NCBI GenBank assembly: GCA_964352475.1
Contig: CAYGSL010000005.1
Coordinates: forward strand, 85,622-149,621
DNA from: an uncultured Pseudomonadales bacterium
Lineage (GTDB): Bacteria > Pseudomonadota > Gammaproteobacteria > Pseudomonadales > JAUIET01
Length of the DNA stretch: 64,000 nucleotides
Direction: 5' to 3'
The notes below the pieces were generated by a model. That model saw only the letters and a program-made list of their open reading frames with translations, was not told the DNA's origin and ran no database searches. Positions 10,628-20,169 of this stretch are shown in pieces (within the stretch, counting starts at the first letter, position 1; the number at the start of each line of letters is the position of its first letter). The position numbers were made by a program, and so were the translations under genes.

Positions 10628-11956
10628 TCAGCTTGGCGCGGCGACCAATACCACGGCCTCCCCCGCGTCGCTATTGCGTAACTCTGTTGGTATGAGCGCA
10701 GTTGGCAACAGCATCGCCTGTTCACCCTGCAGCGCACATTCCGCAAGCTCGATGTTGCCAATCAAGCACATCAGTAGCAAATACCGGGGTTGGCCATCGC
10801 CCACTGGCGCCGCACCCCCGGCCGGCAGCGTATAGCGCCATACAGAAAAATCATCAAAGTCGACTATCTTTTGCCGACTGCCCTGCCCGCATGGTTCCGA
10901 TTCGAAACAGGCTGGTACATAATCCCGCATGTCGGTGACGAGTAAGGCCTCATCCGTATCCCAATGAGATTGGGTTAAAACGCGCTGCGCAAATGACACG
11001 ATCTTTCGTTCATACACCGGGGTTTGAAATTCAACTGCACGCACACCATGCTGCAAGCTATGCGGCAGATTTCTCGGGATAACAACAACATCACCAACAC
11101 TAATGGGATGCAGCTGCGTAAACGCCTCCATCGCCATCCTCAGCTGCTGTTCCTGACGTTGAAGATCCATTGGTACGTTCTTCAGCGAGTTTTTAATGCT
11201 CTCAAGATCGCATGGATTGTCTGCCAGTAACTCGTTGACCGACAACCATTCATCAATCTGAACACGCACTTTGCGGTATGTCGCTACGGTGGCCGCATAC
11301 GCCTGCTTAAACGCGTCATCAGACGTATACTCTGCCCGTTTTTCCGAATTGAAGCCGATTCGAATAGCTCCGACGCCGCCTGGCCAGGCCGACTCACTGA
11401 TGGCAGAAATCACATACACTTCGCGTTTGATTTCATGCAGTTCAAAATACAGGTCGCCGAGCACAGTTTCATTGTGCGGTGCGAGTATTTTTAACAGGAT
11501 AGGAGATTCCTTCTCACCCAGCCCACTGATTGTTTCCGGAATGGCCGCTAGCCACCAATTTAGCGGGCAAGAAGTAGTAAGTGTCTGGACAGCACAGACG
11601 CCTCTTGCCTCAATTCCCGTGTACCAGACTTCCTGACCCCAGGGCTTGGGAATACCTACAGTGTCCAATCGAACAGGCAGTCGCGAATCAACCACTGGCA
11701 GGCGCAGTGAATGGCCCAGCTCCTGTAAAGAAATTGTGTCCGACCGAAGCCGAGCTTCTGCCGCCGCGAGTTGGTCTTCTTCACCCGCAAGCAATACGCT
11801 TAGGTAATCTACGCCGCAGGTGTAAATAGCAAAAACAAACGGGGCTGCTTCAGCGGAGTTTAGCGCTGGCAGGCTCAAGCGAATACTACGTATCTCATAC
11901 TCGGCCCCATCACGGGCCAGTAATGTTCGCATTCGCCGTCCTGGCACGTAAGCCAT
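10628..11956 (-). CDS. Type-I phosphomannose-isomerase-like cupin protein with an unassigned ~100-aa N-terminal region
   Basis: 442 aa; KPWGQEVWYTG, LLKILAPHNE..FELHEIKREVYVI, VVVIPRNLPHSLQHGVRAVEFQTPVYERK resemble PMI class I cupin motifs. Its ATG overlaps the stop of the upstream GH84-like gene (TGATG). Confidence 0.6.
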   Translation of the reverse strand: MAYVPGRRMRTLLARDGAEYEIRSIRLSLPALNSAEAAPFVFAIYTCGVDYLSVLLAGEEDQLAAAEARLRSDTISLQELGHSLRLPVVDSRLPVRLDTVGIPKPWGQEVWYTGIEARGVCAVQTLTTSCPLNWWLAAIPETISGLGEKESPILLKILAPHNETVLGDLYFELHEIKREVYVISAISESAWPGGVGAIRIGFNSEKRAEYTSDDAFKQAYAATVATYRKVRVQIDEWLSVNELLADNPCDLESIKNSLKNVPMDLQRQEQQLRMAMEAFTQLHPISVGDVVVIPRNLPHSLQHGVRAVEFQTPVYERKIVSFAQRVLTQSHWDTDEALLVTDMRDYVPACFESEPCGQGSRQKIVDFDDFSVWRYTLPAGGAAPVGDGQPRYLLLMCLIGNIELAECALQGEQAMLLPTALIPTELRNSDAGEAVVLVAAPS

Positions 11957-13032
11957 CAGTGCTCTGTCTCGGTCAGGCAGGCCGGGTCAAAAGCGTAACC
12001 GCCATGCAGCCAGTCGATCAACTCCAATGCGGCTGGATGGCTGTCATTTGCATAACGCCCATCAAGATACGATTTTTCGTGCTCGGTCATGTTCTGCAGG
12101 CCTTTCTCGCTCAAAAGCACGCAGTCTTCGGACAGCCGCTGCGCAAGCGATTCGCCCAGCAATGCACTCCAAAGAGCCAATTGCCCTTCTGCTTCCAGAG
12201 GTCTGGGCTCGACTCTGTAAACCTCGGCCAGGGTTGCCAGCGGCAATTTGGAAAGCGCGCACTGGTTCATTGGGTTGCTGTAATGCACAGTAAGATGTTC
12301 TGCCGCAGCACCATCACGGTCTGCAAAAGCTTGAATGTTTAGAAAGTTACTGGCGCGTTCGCCATCATTTACCGGGTAGTTATCCCAGAGTGCCAATGGC
12401 CGTCTTAGCACGCGACTGATTGGCTGGAGATCGCTGGCCATCACTGACCTGGAGCATACCTCATTCCCAGTCCAGAAAATGTCAATCCCTTGATCCAGGT
12501 TCTCACCCAGGGATTCCCAGTAGCCGCTTGGCCGTGCACCGAAAACGCGTTCCAGAATGGGATCATGAGAGTAAAAACTAGGGCAGACCAGTAATCGCTC
12601 TACTTCAACTCGCTCTGCGATGAACGCCACTATCTTGCATTGGCGCTCAGCCAGGTCATCGTGCGCGCAATGCATATCGTCAAACAAAATCGCAACCACG
12701 CCCGGTTTTAAATCGTTTAGCTGATTCAGTTTCGTAGCCAGGGCCGAACGTTGCTTTTGACCGAATTCATGCACCGCACCCAGCGGTGATAAGCCCACGC
12801 CCCATTTTACTTTGGCTTTGTCGGAAGCTGAGCCAATTTCGCTGAGAGCACTGCAATCTTCTTCAGAAAACGGCACCTGCCATTTAGCGCGCAACAAGGC
12901 ATCACTTTTCGGAGCATAAATGTATTCGTGGAATCCCTGGTTTCCCAGCCATGCAATCATTTCCAGCCTGGCCTTCTGTGCCCAATCTCGCCCGTAAAAG
13001 CCTTCGATCAGACCGAGTTGTGGTGATTTCAT
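11956..13032 (-). CDS. GH84 family beta-N-acetylglucosaminidase (O-GlcNAcase-like), apparently cytoplasmic
   Basis: MKSPQLGLIEGFYGRDWAQKARLEMIAWLGNQGFHEYIYAPKSD, VVAILFDDMH (Asp-Asp pair), FWTGNEV and LALWDNYPVNDGE match GH84/OGA catalytic-domain motifs. I see no signal peptide. The start is taken at ATG 13032 rather than the track start at 13095. Confidence 0.7.
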   Translation of the reverse strand: MKSPQLGLIEGFYGRDWAQKARLEMIAWLGNQGFHEYIYAPKSDALLRAKWQVPFSEEDCSALSEIGSASDKAKVKWGVGLSPLGAVHEFGQKQRSALATKLNQLNDLKPGVVAILFDDMHCAHDDLAERQCKIVAFIAERVEVERLLVCPSFYSHDPILERVFGARPSGYWESLGENLDQGIDIFWTGNEVCSRSVMASDLQPISRVLRRPLALWDNYPVNDGERASNFLNIQAFADRDGAAAEHLTVHYSNPMNQCALSKLPLATLAEVYRVEPRPLEAEGQLALWSALLGESLAQRLSEDCVLLSEKGLQNMTEHEKSYLDGRYANDSHPAALELIDWLHGGYAFDPACLTETEH

Positions 13033-13282
13033 GGTAATGCGCTGCTGGAAAATCGCCTGCATGGTACACAAGGGCTGATTCTTGCAGCAAGGCAAATGCG
13101 AACCGTTGCACAGTTTTACTCACATATGGGAACGAAAAGATCGATATTGGTTATTTATTGGACAATGGTTATTTTTTAACCATACTTGGATTATGCCAAT
13201 GACTTGTCTGGCAACAAGCAGCGGCAAAGGAAGCCCAGGCTTCCTGAGGACTACCCCTCGTAGTTTCATCCCATTGGTCTTG

Positions 13283-13315
13283 ACCCGAAATCCCCCCAGG
13301 TTTCGGGTTCTTTTT
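13283..13315 (+). terminator. Orphan plus-strand intrinsic terminator in the pilZ / GH84 spacer
   Basis: Stem ACCCGAAA (13283-13290) pairs with TTTCGGGT (13301-13308), with a 10-nt loop followed by TCTTTTT. On the minus strand no U-tract follows the hairpin. Confidence 0.5.
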
Positions 13316-13330
13316 ATGTACAGGATGTAC

Positions 13331-13502
13331 GGTATGTCCCGAGAGGCAGGAAGCCGGCAGGGACTCCGCACTAGCAGCATCGACACAAGCTTAATCGAAA
13401 CTGAGAACTGGAAGATACCACCAGGTATGCCCCGAGAGGCAGGAAGCCGGCAGGGGCCTCAGCACTAGCAACAACTACCCAAGCTTAATCAAAACTGAAA
13501 AC
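13331..13502. repeat. Imperfect tandem direct repeat, period 93 bp, two units
   Basis: Unit 1 starts at 13331 and unit 2 at 13424. Both read GGTATG(T/C)CCCGAGAGGCAGGAAGCCGGCAGG..CACTAGCA..AAGCTTAATC(G/A)AAACTGA(G/A)AAC. By eye they are about 85 percent identical over about 80 nt. Confidence 0.85.
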
Positions 13503-13597
13503 GCGCAGATAAGAAGTATGCGCTGGCCTCCTAGCGACCACCAAAAACCAAACTTAGAAAAACCAAACGCCCAAGGAAGAACCCCCGGGACGAAACG

Positions 13598-13948
13598 CTA
13601 CATAGTATGAGTAGGCCGATCAGAGTCCAAAGACCCCGCCAGATACGTTTCGATCTTCTTACTCGCCGTATCATCCATATTACTAAACTGCACACCTATG
13701 CCCGCCGCCCGGTTACCCTGCGCGCCTTTAGGCGTTAGCCAAACTACCTTTCCGGCCACCGGAATTTTCTCCACTTCTTCCATAAGGTTCAGAAGCATGA
13801 AAACCTCATCACCCAGTGAATAGGTTTTTCCGGTCGGAATAAACAAGCCACCGTTTTCCAGAAAAGGCATATAAGCTGCATACAAAACAGCTTTGTCTTT
13901 GATGGTCAGTGACAATATTCCGTTACTGGCTCCGGGTCTGGCACTCAT
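13598..13948 (-). CDS. pilZ: Type IV pilus assembly protein PilZ
   Basis: 116 aa: LSLTIKDKAVLYAAYMPFLENGGLFIPT..VAGKVVWLTPKGAQGNRAAGIGVQF. It lies next to holB-tmk, as in Pseudomonas. Confidence 0.85.
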   Translation of the reverse strand: MSARPGASNGILSLTIKDKAVLYAAYMPFLENGGLFIPTGKTYSLGDEVFMLLNLMEEVEKIPVAGKVVWLTPKGAQGNRAAGIGVQFSNMDDTASKKIETYLAGSLDSDRPTHTM

Positions 13949-14050
13949 GGTAGATCTCGAATAAAAGCTCTGTTTATTTTCTACGCCGCGCGGCGTAATG
14001 CTTGCACCTTCAAATACGGGTGCCGATCTGCAAAGAATAGCTCAAAGAAT

Positions 14051-15043
14051 TCAGTCTTGCTGCGTGCAAAGTGCCAGTCGCAGAAATAGGTCTTCAAGTG
14101 CTAGCTGGTCGTTTAAATGGCTGCCAGCGTGCAGAATTTTGAGCGAATTTTGCACAAATTGCGCATGCTCAAGCAGCTTCCTGGTATTCCAAGACCCGTC
14201 CAGCAGCGGTGAATGTGCCTCTTTTTGATGAGAACAACCGAGTTGATTAGCCACAATAGAACTCACTAGACGCAAATACACTTCTAGGAATGGCTTCAGA
14301 TCATAGGCCAGCAGAGGCTTGGTTAACTGTACAACCCCGGTCTTTCCCTCAACGGCTGCGTGCATGGCGGCGGAAATGGTCTGATGCATATCGAGCAACT
14401 GTTGGCCTTTCTCCAGTGCCAGTAGTGGCTGACCGTTGCAGATTTGCAAATACTGTTCCGTCAGCCTCACATCGTGAATTTCATTCTGCAACCATTTTTC
14501 AGCCTGCTGTTTATCAGGTGTTGATACACGCAACACCTGGCAACGAGATCGAATGGTTGCCGGTAAACGTCCAGGGTTGGCACTGCTCAACACAAATTGG
14601 GTGCTGGATGGCGGTTCTTCTAAACACTTCAACAGCGCATTCGCCGCATTGCGATTCATAAGATCAGCTGGCCAGACCACGACGATTTTTGTAGGTGATA
14701 TCTGTGCTGTTTTATAAGCGAATTCAAGCAGGCTTCTTACCTGATCAATGCTGATCACCTGCTTACCCTCTTCTGGCGTCAGGTGCCGGAAGTCAGGATG
14801 ATTTCCAGCCACCCACAACTTGCAGGAATGACAGTTGCCGCATGCCGATTCATGCTCAGTACACAATATTGATTGAGCGAAGGCCAAGGCTAGGCGATGC
14901 TTGCCTATGCCAGGTGAACCAGAGAGTAACAAGGCATGTGGTAGTTGGTTATCGGTGCGCAGTTGGCGTAAGTGCGCATAGTCTTTATCAAGCCAAGGCG
15001 GTGCTCCAGGCACAGTAGTTTGACTTTCTGCAGCAACACTCAT
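14051..15043 (-). CDS. holB: DNA polymerase III subunit delta'
   Basis: 330 aa; HALLLSGSPGIGK, zinc module CGNCHSCKL, SRCQVL sensor motif. Confidence 0.85.
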   Translation of the reverse strand: MSVAAESQTTVPGAPPWLDKDYAHLRQLRTDNQLPHALLLSGSPGIGKHRLALAFAQSILCTEHESACGNCHSCKLWVAGNHPDFRHLTPEEGKQVISIDQVRSLLEFAYKTAQISPTKIVVVWPADLMNRNAANALLKCLEEPPSSTQFVLSSANPGRLPATIRSRCQVLRVSTPDKQQAEKWLQNEIHDVRLTEQYLQICNGQPLLALEKGQQLLDMHQTISAAMHAAVEGKTGVVQLTKPLLAYDLKPFLEVYLRLVSSIVANQLGCSHQKEAHSPLLDGSWNTRKLLEHAQFVQNSLKILHAGSHLNDQLALEDLFLRLALCTQQD

Positions 15044-15045
15044 AG

Positions 15046-15720
<675 letters not shown>

Positions 15721-16755
15721 TCATGGCGACGAGCGATAATCTTTTCTGCGTTTGAGCTGGTACTCTCGCACGGCTTTCTCGTGCTCTTCAAGCGTTTTGG
15801 AAAAATAGTGACTGCCGTCGCCCTTGGCAACAAAGAATAAGGTCTCACCGTCAGCAGGGTGTAATGCGGCATGTATCGCTGCACGCCCTGGTAAGGCAAT
15901 AGGCGATGGCGGCAATCCGGCCCGGGTGTACGTGTTATAGGGAGTATCTTCACGTAAGTGTCGATAGCGAATATTGCCGTCGAAATCCGGACCCAACCCA
16001 TAAATCACGGTAGGGTCAGTTTGTAAGCGCATTCGCTTGTTCAAACGCCGCACAAATACACCGGCAATTTCTGCTCGTTCGCTGGCTCGCCCGGTTTCCT
16101 TCTCCACTATTGATGCCATGATCAGGGCCTCATAGGCCGTTTCATAAGGCAGATTATCTGCTCTCTGGCGCCATTCACTGGTCAACACCTCCTGCATACG
16201 TGCGTAGCCTGCTTTCAATAGACTAATGTCGGTGGTTCCTTGCGCGAACAACATTGTATCCGGGTAGAACCAGCCCTCCAGTGCCATTTCCGGGTCCAGA
16301 TCCAAAGCTTGCTTAAGTGCGTCATCGGACCAGTCTGTTAGCGTTTGTTCAACCGCTGAATGGGCTCGCAATATCTCCAACATATCGGCGTATCGAGAGC
16401 CCTCTATTACTCTGAGCTGTCGAAGTTCAACATCACCGTCAACGAGCTTATCTAAAAGCTGTACCGGCGATAGACCGGCTTCTAATCGATAACTCCCTGC
16501 CTGAATCCGGGTCGCCAGCCCCTTGTAGCGAGCATAAGCCAACCACACCTTGGGGTAGCGCAACCACTGCTCACTCGACAATTGCGCCGCCAGCTTACCC
16601 AGGGTCTGCCCACTTTGAATCGTTATTTCAAGTTGTTCCTGATTGTTTTCACTCAGCGGCCCCTCGTGCAGCCATTGCCAGGCCAGATAAGTAACTGCAG
16701 ATGCTGCCAGAGCAGCAAGCACGGCAACTGCGAATAAACCTTTCACCCATTTCAT
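15721..16755 (-). CDS. mltG: Endolytic murein transglycosylase MltG (YceG family)
   Basis: 344 aa with an N-terminal TM segment and the YceG-like core (ASIVEKETG..ERAEIAGVFVRRL..LQTDPTVIYG). Confidence 0.9.
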   Translation of the reverse strand: MKWVKGLFAVAVLAALAASAVTYLAWQWLHEGPLSENNQEQLEITIQSGQTLGKLAAQLSSEQWLRYPKVWLAYARYKGLATRIQAGSYRLEAGLSPVQLLDKLVDGDVELRQLRVIEGSRYADMLEILRAHSAVEQTLTDWSDDALKQALDLDPEMALEGWFYPDTMLFAQGTTDISLLKAGYARMQEVLTSEWRQRADNLPYETAYEALIMASIVEKETGRASERAEIAGVFVRRLNKRMRLQTDPTVIYGLGPDFDGNIRYRHLREDTPYNTYTRAGLPPSPIALPGRAAIHAALHPADGETLFFVAKGDGSHYFSKTLEEHEKAVREYQLKRRKDYRSSP

Positions 16756-17603
16756 TGCTGATGCACCGCAGAATACTCACGCTGGCGAATAGCGGCGAGA
16801 ATATCTCGAGTTACTGGCCCTGGCACCCAGGAAAATTCCTCACACTGCTTCACAGCAAGCACCCCAATCAAGCAGTTAGAAATAAACATTTCGTCCGCTG
16901 AGTGCAAATCATCCCGCAATACAGGCTGTTGCTTTACAAGCAGTCCCAGCTCAGGAGCTATCTGATCAATAATAACTCCCCGCATAACACCACTAACACC
17001 GCTACTGTCCAGTCTTGGTGTTGTAAGAACAGAATCGTTCACAAGGAACACATTACTCATTGTACCTTCTACGATGCATTCTTCAGAGTCAAACATCAGC
17101 CCCTCAAAAACATGTTCATCTTGCCACTCTGCACGCGCCAGAATCTGCTCTAATCGATTCAGATGTTTTACGCCGGCCAACCTTGTGTTTGATGATAGCC
17201 GCATTGAGCAGAAACGCAGAGTAACGCCAGCCTGCCTCTTTGATTCTTCAACATCGGCGTAAGGCGAGCAGCCAATCACAATCGTTGCTTGCATGGACGC
17301 AGAGCGCGCGTACCCACTGGCCGGCGCACCACGAGTGACTATTATTTTTAGTCTAGCGAGCGGAGGAAGATCAATTTCGCGCAAATATTTAGAAAGATGG
17401 CGATCAATCAATTCAATAGATGCGGGTATTTGCAGCGTCTTAAGACCGCTTTGCAATCTACGCATGTGCTGAGCACGATTAATGGCTACTTGATTATTTA
17501 CCCGCAGGGTTTCAAACAGACCATCGCCGTAATGCAATCCGCGATCTTCAATAGATACTGATTGCTGCCACTCACCATTGAGCATCCATGGCAAGGAGCC
17601 CAT
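16752..17603 (-). CDS. pabC: Aminodeoxychorismate lyase (class IV aminotransferase fold)
   Basis: 283 aa; RGLHYGDGLFET. It overlaps mltG by 4 nt and sits between fabF and mltG, as in Pseudomonas and E. coli. Confidence 0.75.
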   Translation of the reverse strand: MGSLPWMLNGEWQQSVSIEDRGLHYGDGLFETLRVNNQVAINRAQHMRRLQSGLKTLQIPASIELIDRHLSKYLREIDLPPLARLKIIVTRGAPASGYARSASMQATIVIGCSPYADVEESKRQAGVTLRFCSMRLSSNTRLAGVKHLNRLEQILARAEWQDEHVFEGLMFDSEECIVEGTMSNVFLVNDSVLTTPRLDSSGVSGVMRGVIIDQIAPELGLLVKQQPVLRDDLHSADEMFISNCLIGVLAVKQCEEFSWVPGPVTRDILAAIRQREYSAVHQQ

Positions 17604-17631
17604 TGCGTTTACGCCCGGACCTTAGGAAAAA

Positions 17632-18873
17632 TCAAGGTGCTTTTCGAAACACCAGGCTGCCGTTAGTACCACCAAATCCAAACGAATTGGAAACAGCAAC
17701 ATCGATGTTCTTTTCTCTGGCCGTTAGCGGCACAAAGTCCAGGTCACATTGCTCATCAGGCGTATCAAGATTGATGGTGGGTGGCAATATTGAATCGCGC
17801 AGCGCGAGCACCGTAAAAATAGCTTCAACCGAACCAGCCGCACCCAATAAGTGTCCAATCATGGACTTGGTGGAACTGACCGCCACACTTTTTGCAGCAT
17901 CACCCAATACAGATTTGACTGCTAGACATTCGGCAACGTCACCTGCGGGCGTTGAGGTACCATGCGCATTTATATAACCAACATCAATCGGGTTAACACC
18001 TGCGTTATTGATCGCATTGCGCATTGACGCGGCAGCACCGGACCCGTCTTCCGGTGGTGAGGTCATATGATAGGCATCGCCGCTCATGCCAAAACCAATT
18101 AACTCCGCGTAGATGTTGGCACCGCGTTTTTTCGCGTGCTCGTATTCCTCCAGCAGCATCACGCCCGCGCCATCTCCTAACACAAAGCCATCGCGGTCTT
18201 TATCCCAGGGACGACTGGCCTGCTCAGGAGAATCATTACGGGTGGAAAGTGCGCGAGCTGCAGCAAAACCGCCAAGCCCTACGGGCGTGGTGGCCATTTC
18301 AGCGCCACCTACCAGCATTGCATCCACTTCTCCCCATTGAATAAGCCTGGCGCCCATGCCTATGTTGTGAGTACCTGTTGTACATGCGGTCACTATCGCC
18401 AGGTTTGGGCCAGTGAAGCCGTAGCGGATCGACAGATTGCCAGCAATCATATTGGTGATTGAGCCTGGCACAAAAAACGGCGAAATCTTCCGCGGCCCAG
18501 TGCTTTGCACAATGCCATGGGTCTTTTCTATTGATGTAACTCCGCCAATTCCGCTACCAATCGCTGAGCCTACCCTGTGCGCATTGGCTTCGGAAATCTG
18601 CAAGCCTGAATCATCCATGGCCTGGATACCAGCTACCATGCCGTATTGAATAAAGGGGTCCATCTTGCGCGCCTCTTTAGGCGCCAGATAACCCTCGATA
18701 TCAAAATTCTTAACTGACGCTGCAAAACGCGTGGAAAACGCAGACGCGTCGAAAAACTCAATGGGTGCCACCCCGCTGCAGCCTTCAACAATACCCTGCC
18801 ATGATTCCGCCACAGTGTTTGCCAGTGGCGATACCATGCCCATGCCGGTTACTACTACGCGCTTTCCTTCCAC
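17632..18873 (-). CDS. fabF: 3-oxoacyl-ACP synthase II
   Basis: [10 protein letters not shown] (active Cys), [17 protein letters not shown] moved the start to GTG 18873 ([13 protein letters not shown]), which has an AAGGGG SD. The track start at 18894 abuts the acpP hairpin. Confidence 0.93.
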   Translation of the reverse strand: MEGKRVVVTGMGMVSPLANTVAESWQGIVEGCSGVAPIEFFDASAFSTRFAASVKNFDIEGYLAPKEARKMDPFIQYGMVAGIQAMDDSGLQISEANAHRVGSAIGSGIGGVTSIEKTHGIVQSTGPRKISPFFVPGSITNMIAGNLSIRYGFTGPNLAIVTACTTGTHNIGMGARLIQWGEVDAMLVGGAEMATTPVGLGGFAAARALSTRNDSPEQASRPWDKDRDGFVLGDGAGVMLLEEYEHAKKRGANIYAELIGFGMSGDAYHMTSPPEDGSGAAASMRNAINNAGVNPIDVGYINAHGTSTPAGDVAECLAVKSVLGDAAKSVAVSSTKSMIGHLLGAAGSVEAIFTVLALRDSILPPTINLDTPDEQCDLDFVPLTAREKNIDVAVSNSFGFGGTNGSLVFRKAP

Positions 18874-18895
18874 CTGTCGTTTCCCCTTAAACACA

Positions 18896-18926
18896 AGAGC
18901 CGCTGCCCCGAAAGGACAGCGGCTCT
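18896..18926 (-). terminator. acpP-fabF intercistronic hairpin (terminator/attenuator)
   Basis: 10-bp stem: AGAGCCGCTG (18896-18905) pairs with CAGCGGCTCT (18917-18926). On the minus strand it is followed by TGTGTTT. Confidence 0.55.
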
Positions 18927-18943
18927 ATCAAGTCAACGTGCGA

Positions 18944-19177
18944 TTATGTGTGCGAACTGATGTAGTCCACCGCGAGTTGCACTGTAGTGATTGTTTCTGC
19001 TTCTTCATCTGGAATTTCGGTTTCGAATTCCTCCTCAAGCGCCATTACCAGCTCCACAGTGTCCAGTGAATCGGCACCCAGATCTTCAACGAAAGATGCC
19101 GAGTTTTGGATTTCTTCTTCTTTTACGCCCAGCTGTTCGCTAACTATCTTTTTGACGCGTTGTTCAATGCTGCTCAT
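18944..19177 (-). CDS. acpP: Acyl carrier protein
   Basis: 77 aa; [19 protein letters not shown]. Confidence 0.97.
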   Translation of the reverse strand: MSSIEQRVKKIVSEQLGVKEEEIQNSASFVEDLGADSLDTVELVMALEEEFETEIPDEEAETITTVQLAVDYISSHT

Positions 19178-19397
19178 GTTTTCAAAGGCTCCTGTGCCTG
19201 CTGCGTGGTGTTAAATAAATTAACATTTTCTCAGTCTCGCCAATGATGTGTGCCGATATTGCGGATCGCAATTCATTCAGACCGATGGCGGTGCTGAAGG
19301 GCGCATTTTACAACAAAAACAGAGACTTGAAAGTAATGTCAGAATGATAAATACACAATATCTTAAAATATATTAAAATCAATAGCTTAAGTAGCAC

Positions 19398-20132
19398 TCA
19401 AGCCATGTACATGCCGCCATTGACGTGCAAGGTTTCGCCACTTATGTAGGCTCCACCGTCGCTAGCCAGGAATGCGACCACAGCGGCCACTTCCTCAGCA
19501 GAGCCTAATCTCGCCAGTGGAATTTGCGTCAGCAAGGCTTCTCGTTGAGCCTCTGGTAGCTCGCGAGTCATGTCCGTATCAATGAACCCGGGTGCCACAG
19601 TGTTGACTGTAATGTTTCGTGAACCCACTTCTCTAGCCAGTGACCGCGCAAAACCAGCTACCGCCGCTTTACTCGCCGCATAGTTACTTTGGCCAGCGTT
19701 ACCCATGGAACCCACCACAGAGGAAATATTGATTATTCGACCACTTCGGGCTCTTGTCATGCCTTTCAGAAATGCCTTACTCAACTTGAAAACGGCACTG
19801 AGGTTGGTAGCGATAACGTCATCCCACTCGTCTTGCTTCATGCGAAGCAACAGATTGTCACGAGTAATTCCAGCATTGTTGACCAGTACAGCGGGTGTGC
19901 CAATTTCAGCTACCGCACTCAGAAAAGCGGTCAACGACTCAGCATCGGCCACGTCCAACTGCAATCCCTGGCCTTCCAGCCCCTCTTCCTTAAGATATTC
20001 GCTGATCTTGTCTGCACCGGCAGTAGAGGTTGCTGTGCCAATTATAAAATGGTGTTCACCGAGTGCTTGTGCAATGGCTTTACCGATGCCGCGGCTGGCG
20101 CCAGTCACAACAGCTATGGGTTTTTCGCTCAT
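19398..20132 (-). CDS. fabG: 3-oxoacyl-ACP reductase
   Basis: SDR motifs TGASRGIGKAIA, NNAG, YAASKAA. Confidence 0.95.
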   Translation of the reverse strand: MSEKPIAVVTGASRGIGKAIAQALGEHHFIIGTATSTAGADKISEYLKEEGLEGQGLQLDVADAESLTAFLSAVAEIGTPAVLVNNAGITRDNLLLRMKQDEWDDVIATNLSAVFKLSKAFLKGMTRARSGRIINISSVVGSMGNAGQSNYAASKAAVAGFARSLAREVGSRNITVNTVAPGFIDTDMTRELPEAQREALLTQIPLARLGSAEEVAAVVAFLASDGGAYISGETLHVNGGMYMA

Positions 20133-20169
20133 AGTAAATCTCTTTTATCTTTGCTATTCAACGCGGGCT

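Noticed and set aside
13082-13468. 128-aa plus-strand ORF spanning the pilZ/GH84 spacer, with a repeated peptide (REAGSRQG) suggesting a repeat protein.
   Set aside because: The peptide repeat is just the translated DNA tandem repeat. The ORF reads straight through a strong hairpin/T-tract terminator, has no SD, and has no recognisable fold. I treat the region as non-coding.
13331-13502. Possible CRISPR array.
   Set aside because: There are only two directly abutting units of about 93 bp, with no unique spacers and no cas genes anywhere in the window.
13200-13600. CsrB/RsmY/RsmZ-type CsrA-sequestering sRNA, suggested by GCAGGAAGC and ACAGGATGT hairpin loops.
   Set aside because: I count only about 9 GGA triplets in about 390 nt, close to random expectation. 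There is no GacA-type upstream palindrome (TGTAAG-N6-CTTACA) and no terminator after the repeats. I keep this only as a weak sub-hypothesis inside the repeat finding.
13982-13997. Perfect 16-bp palindrome TACGCCGCGCGGCGTA between holB and pilZ.
   Set aside because: About one perfect 8+8 palindrome is expected by chance in 64 kb. No U-tract or repeat context accompanies it, so it is at most a minor intercistronic hairpin.
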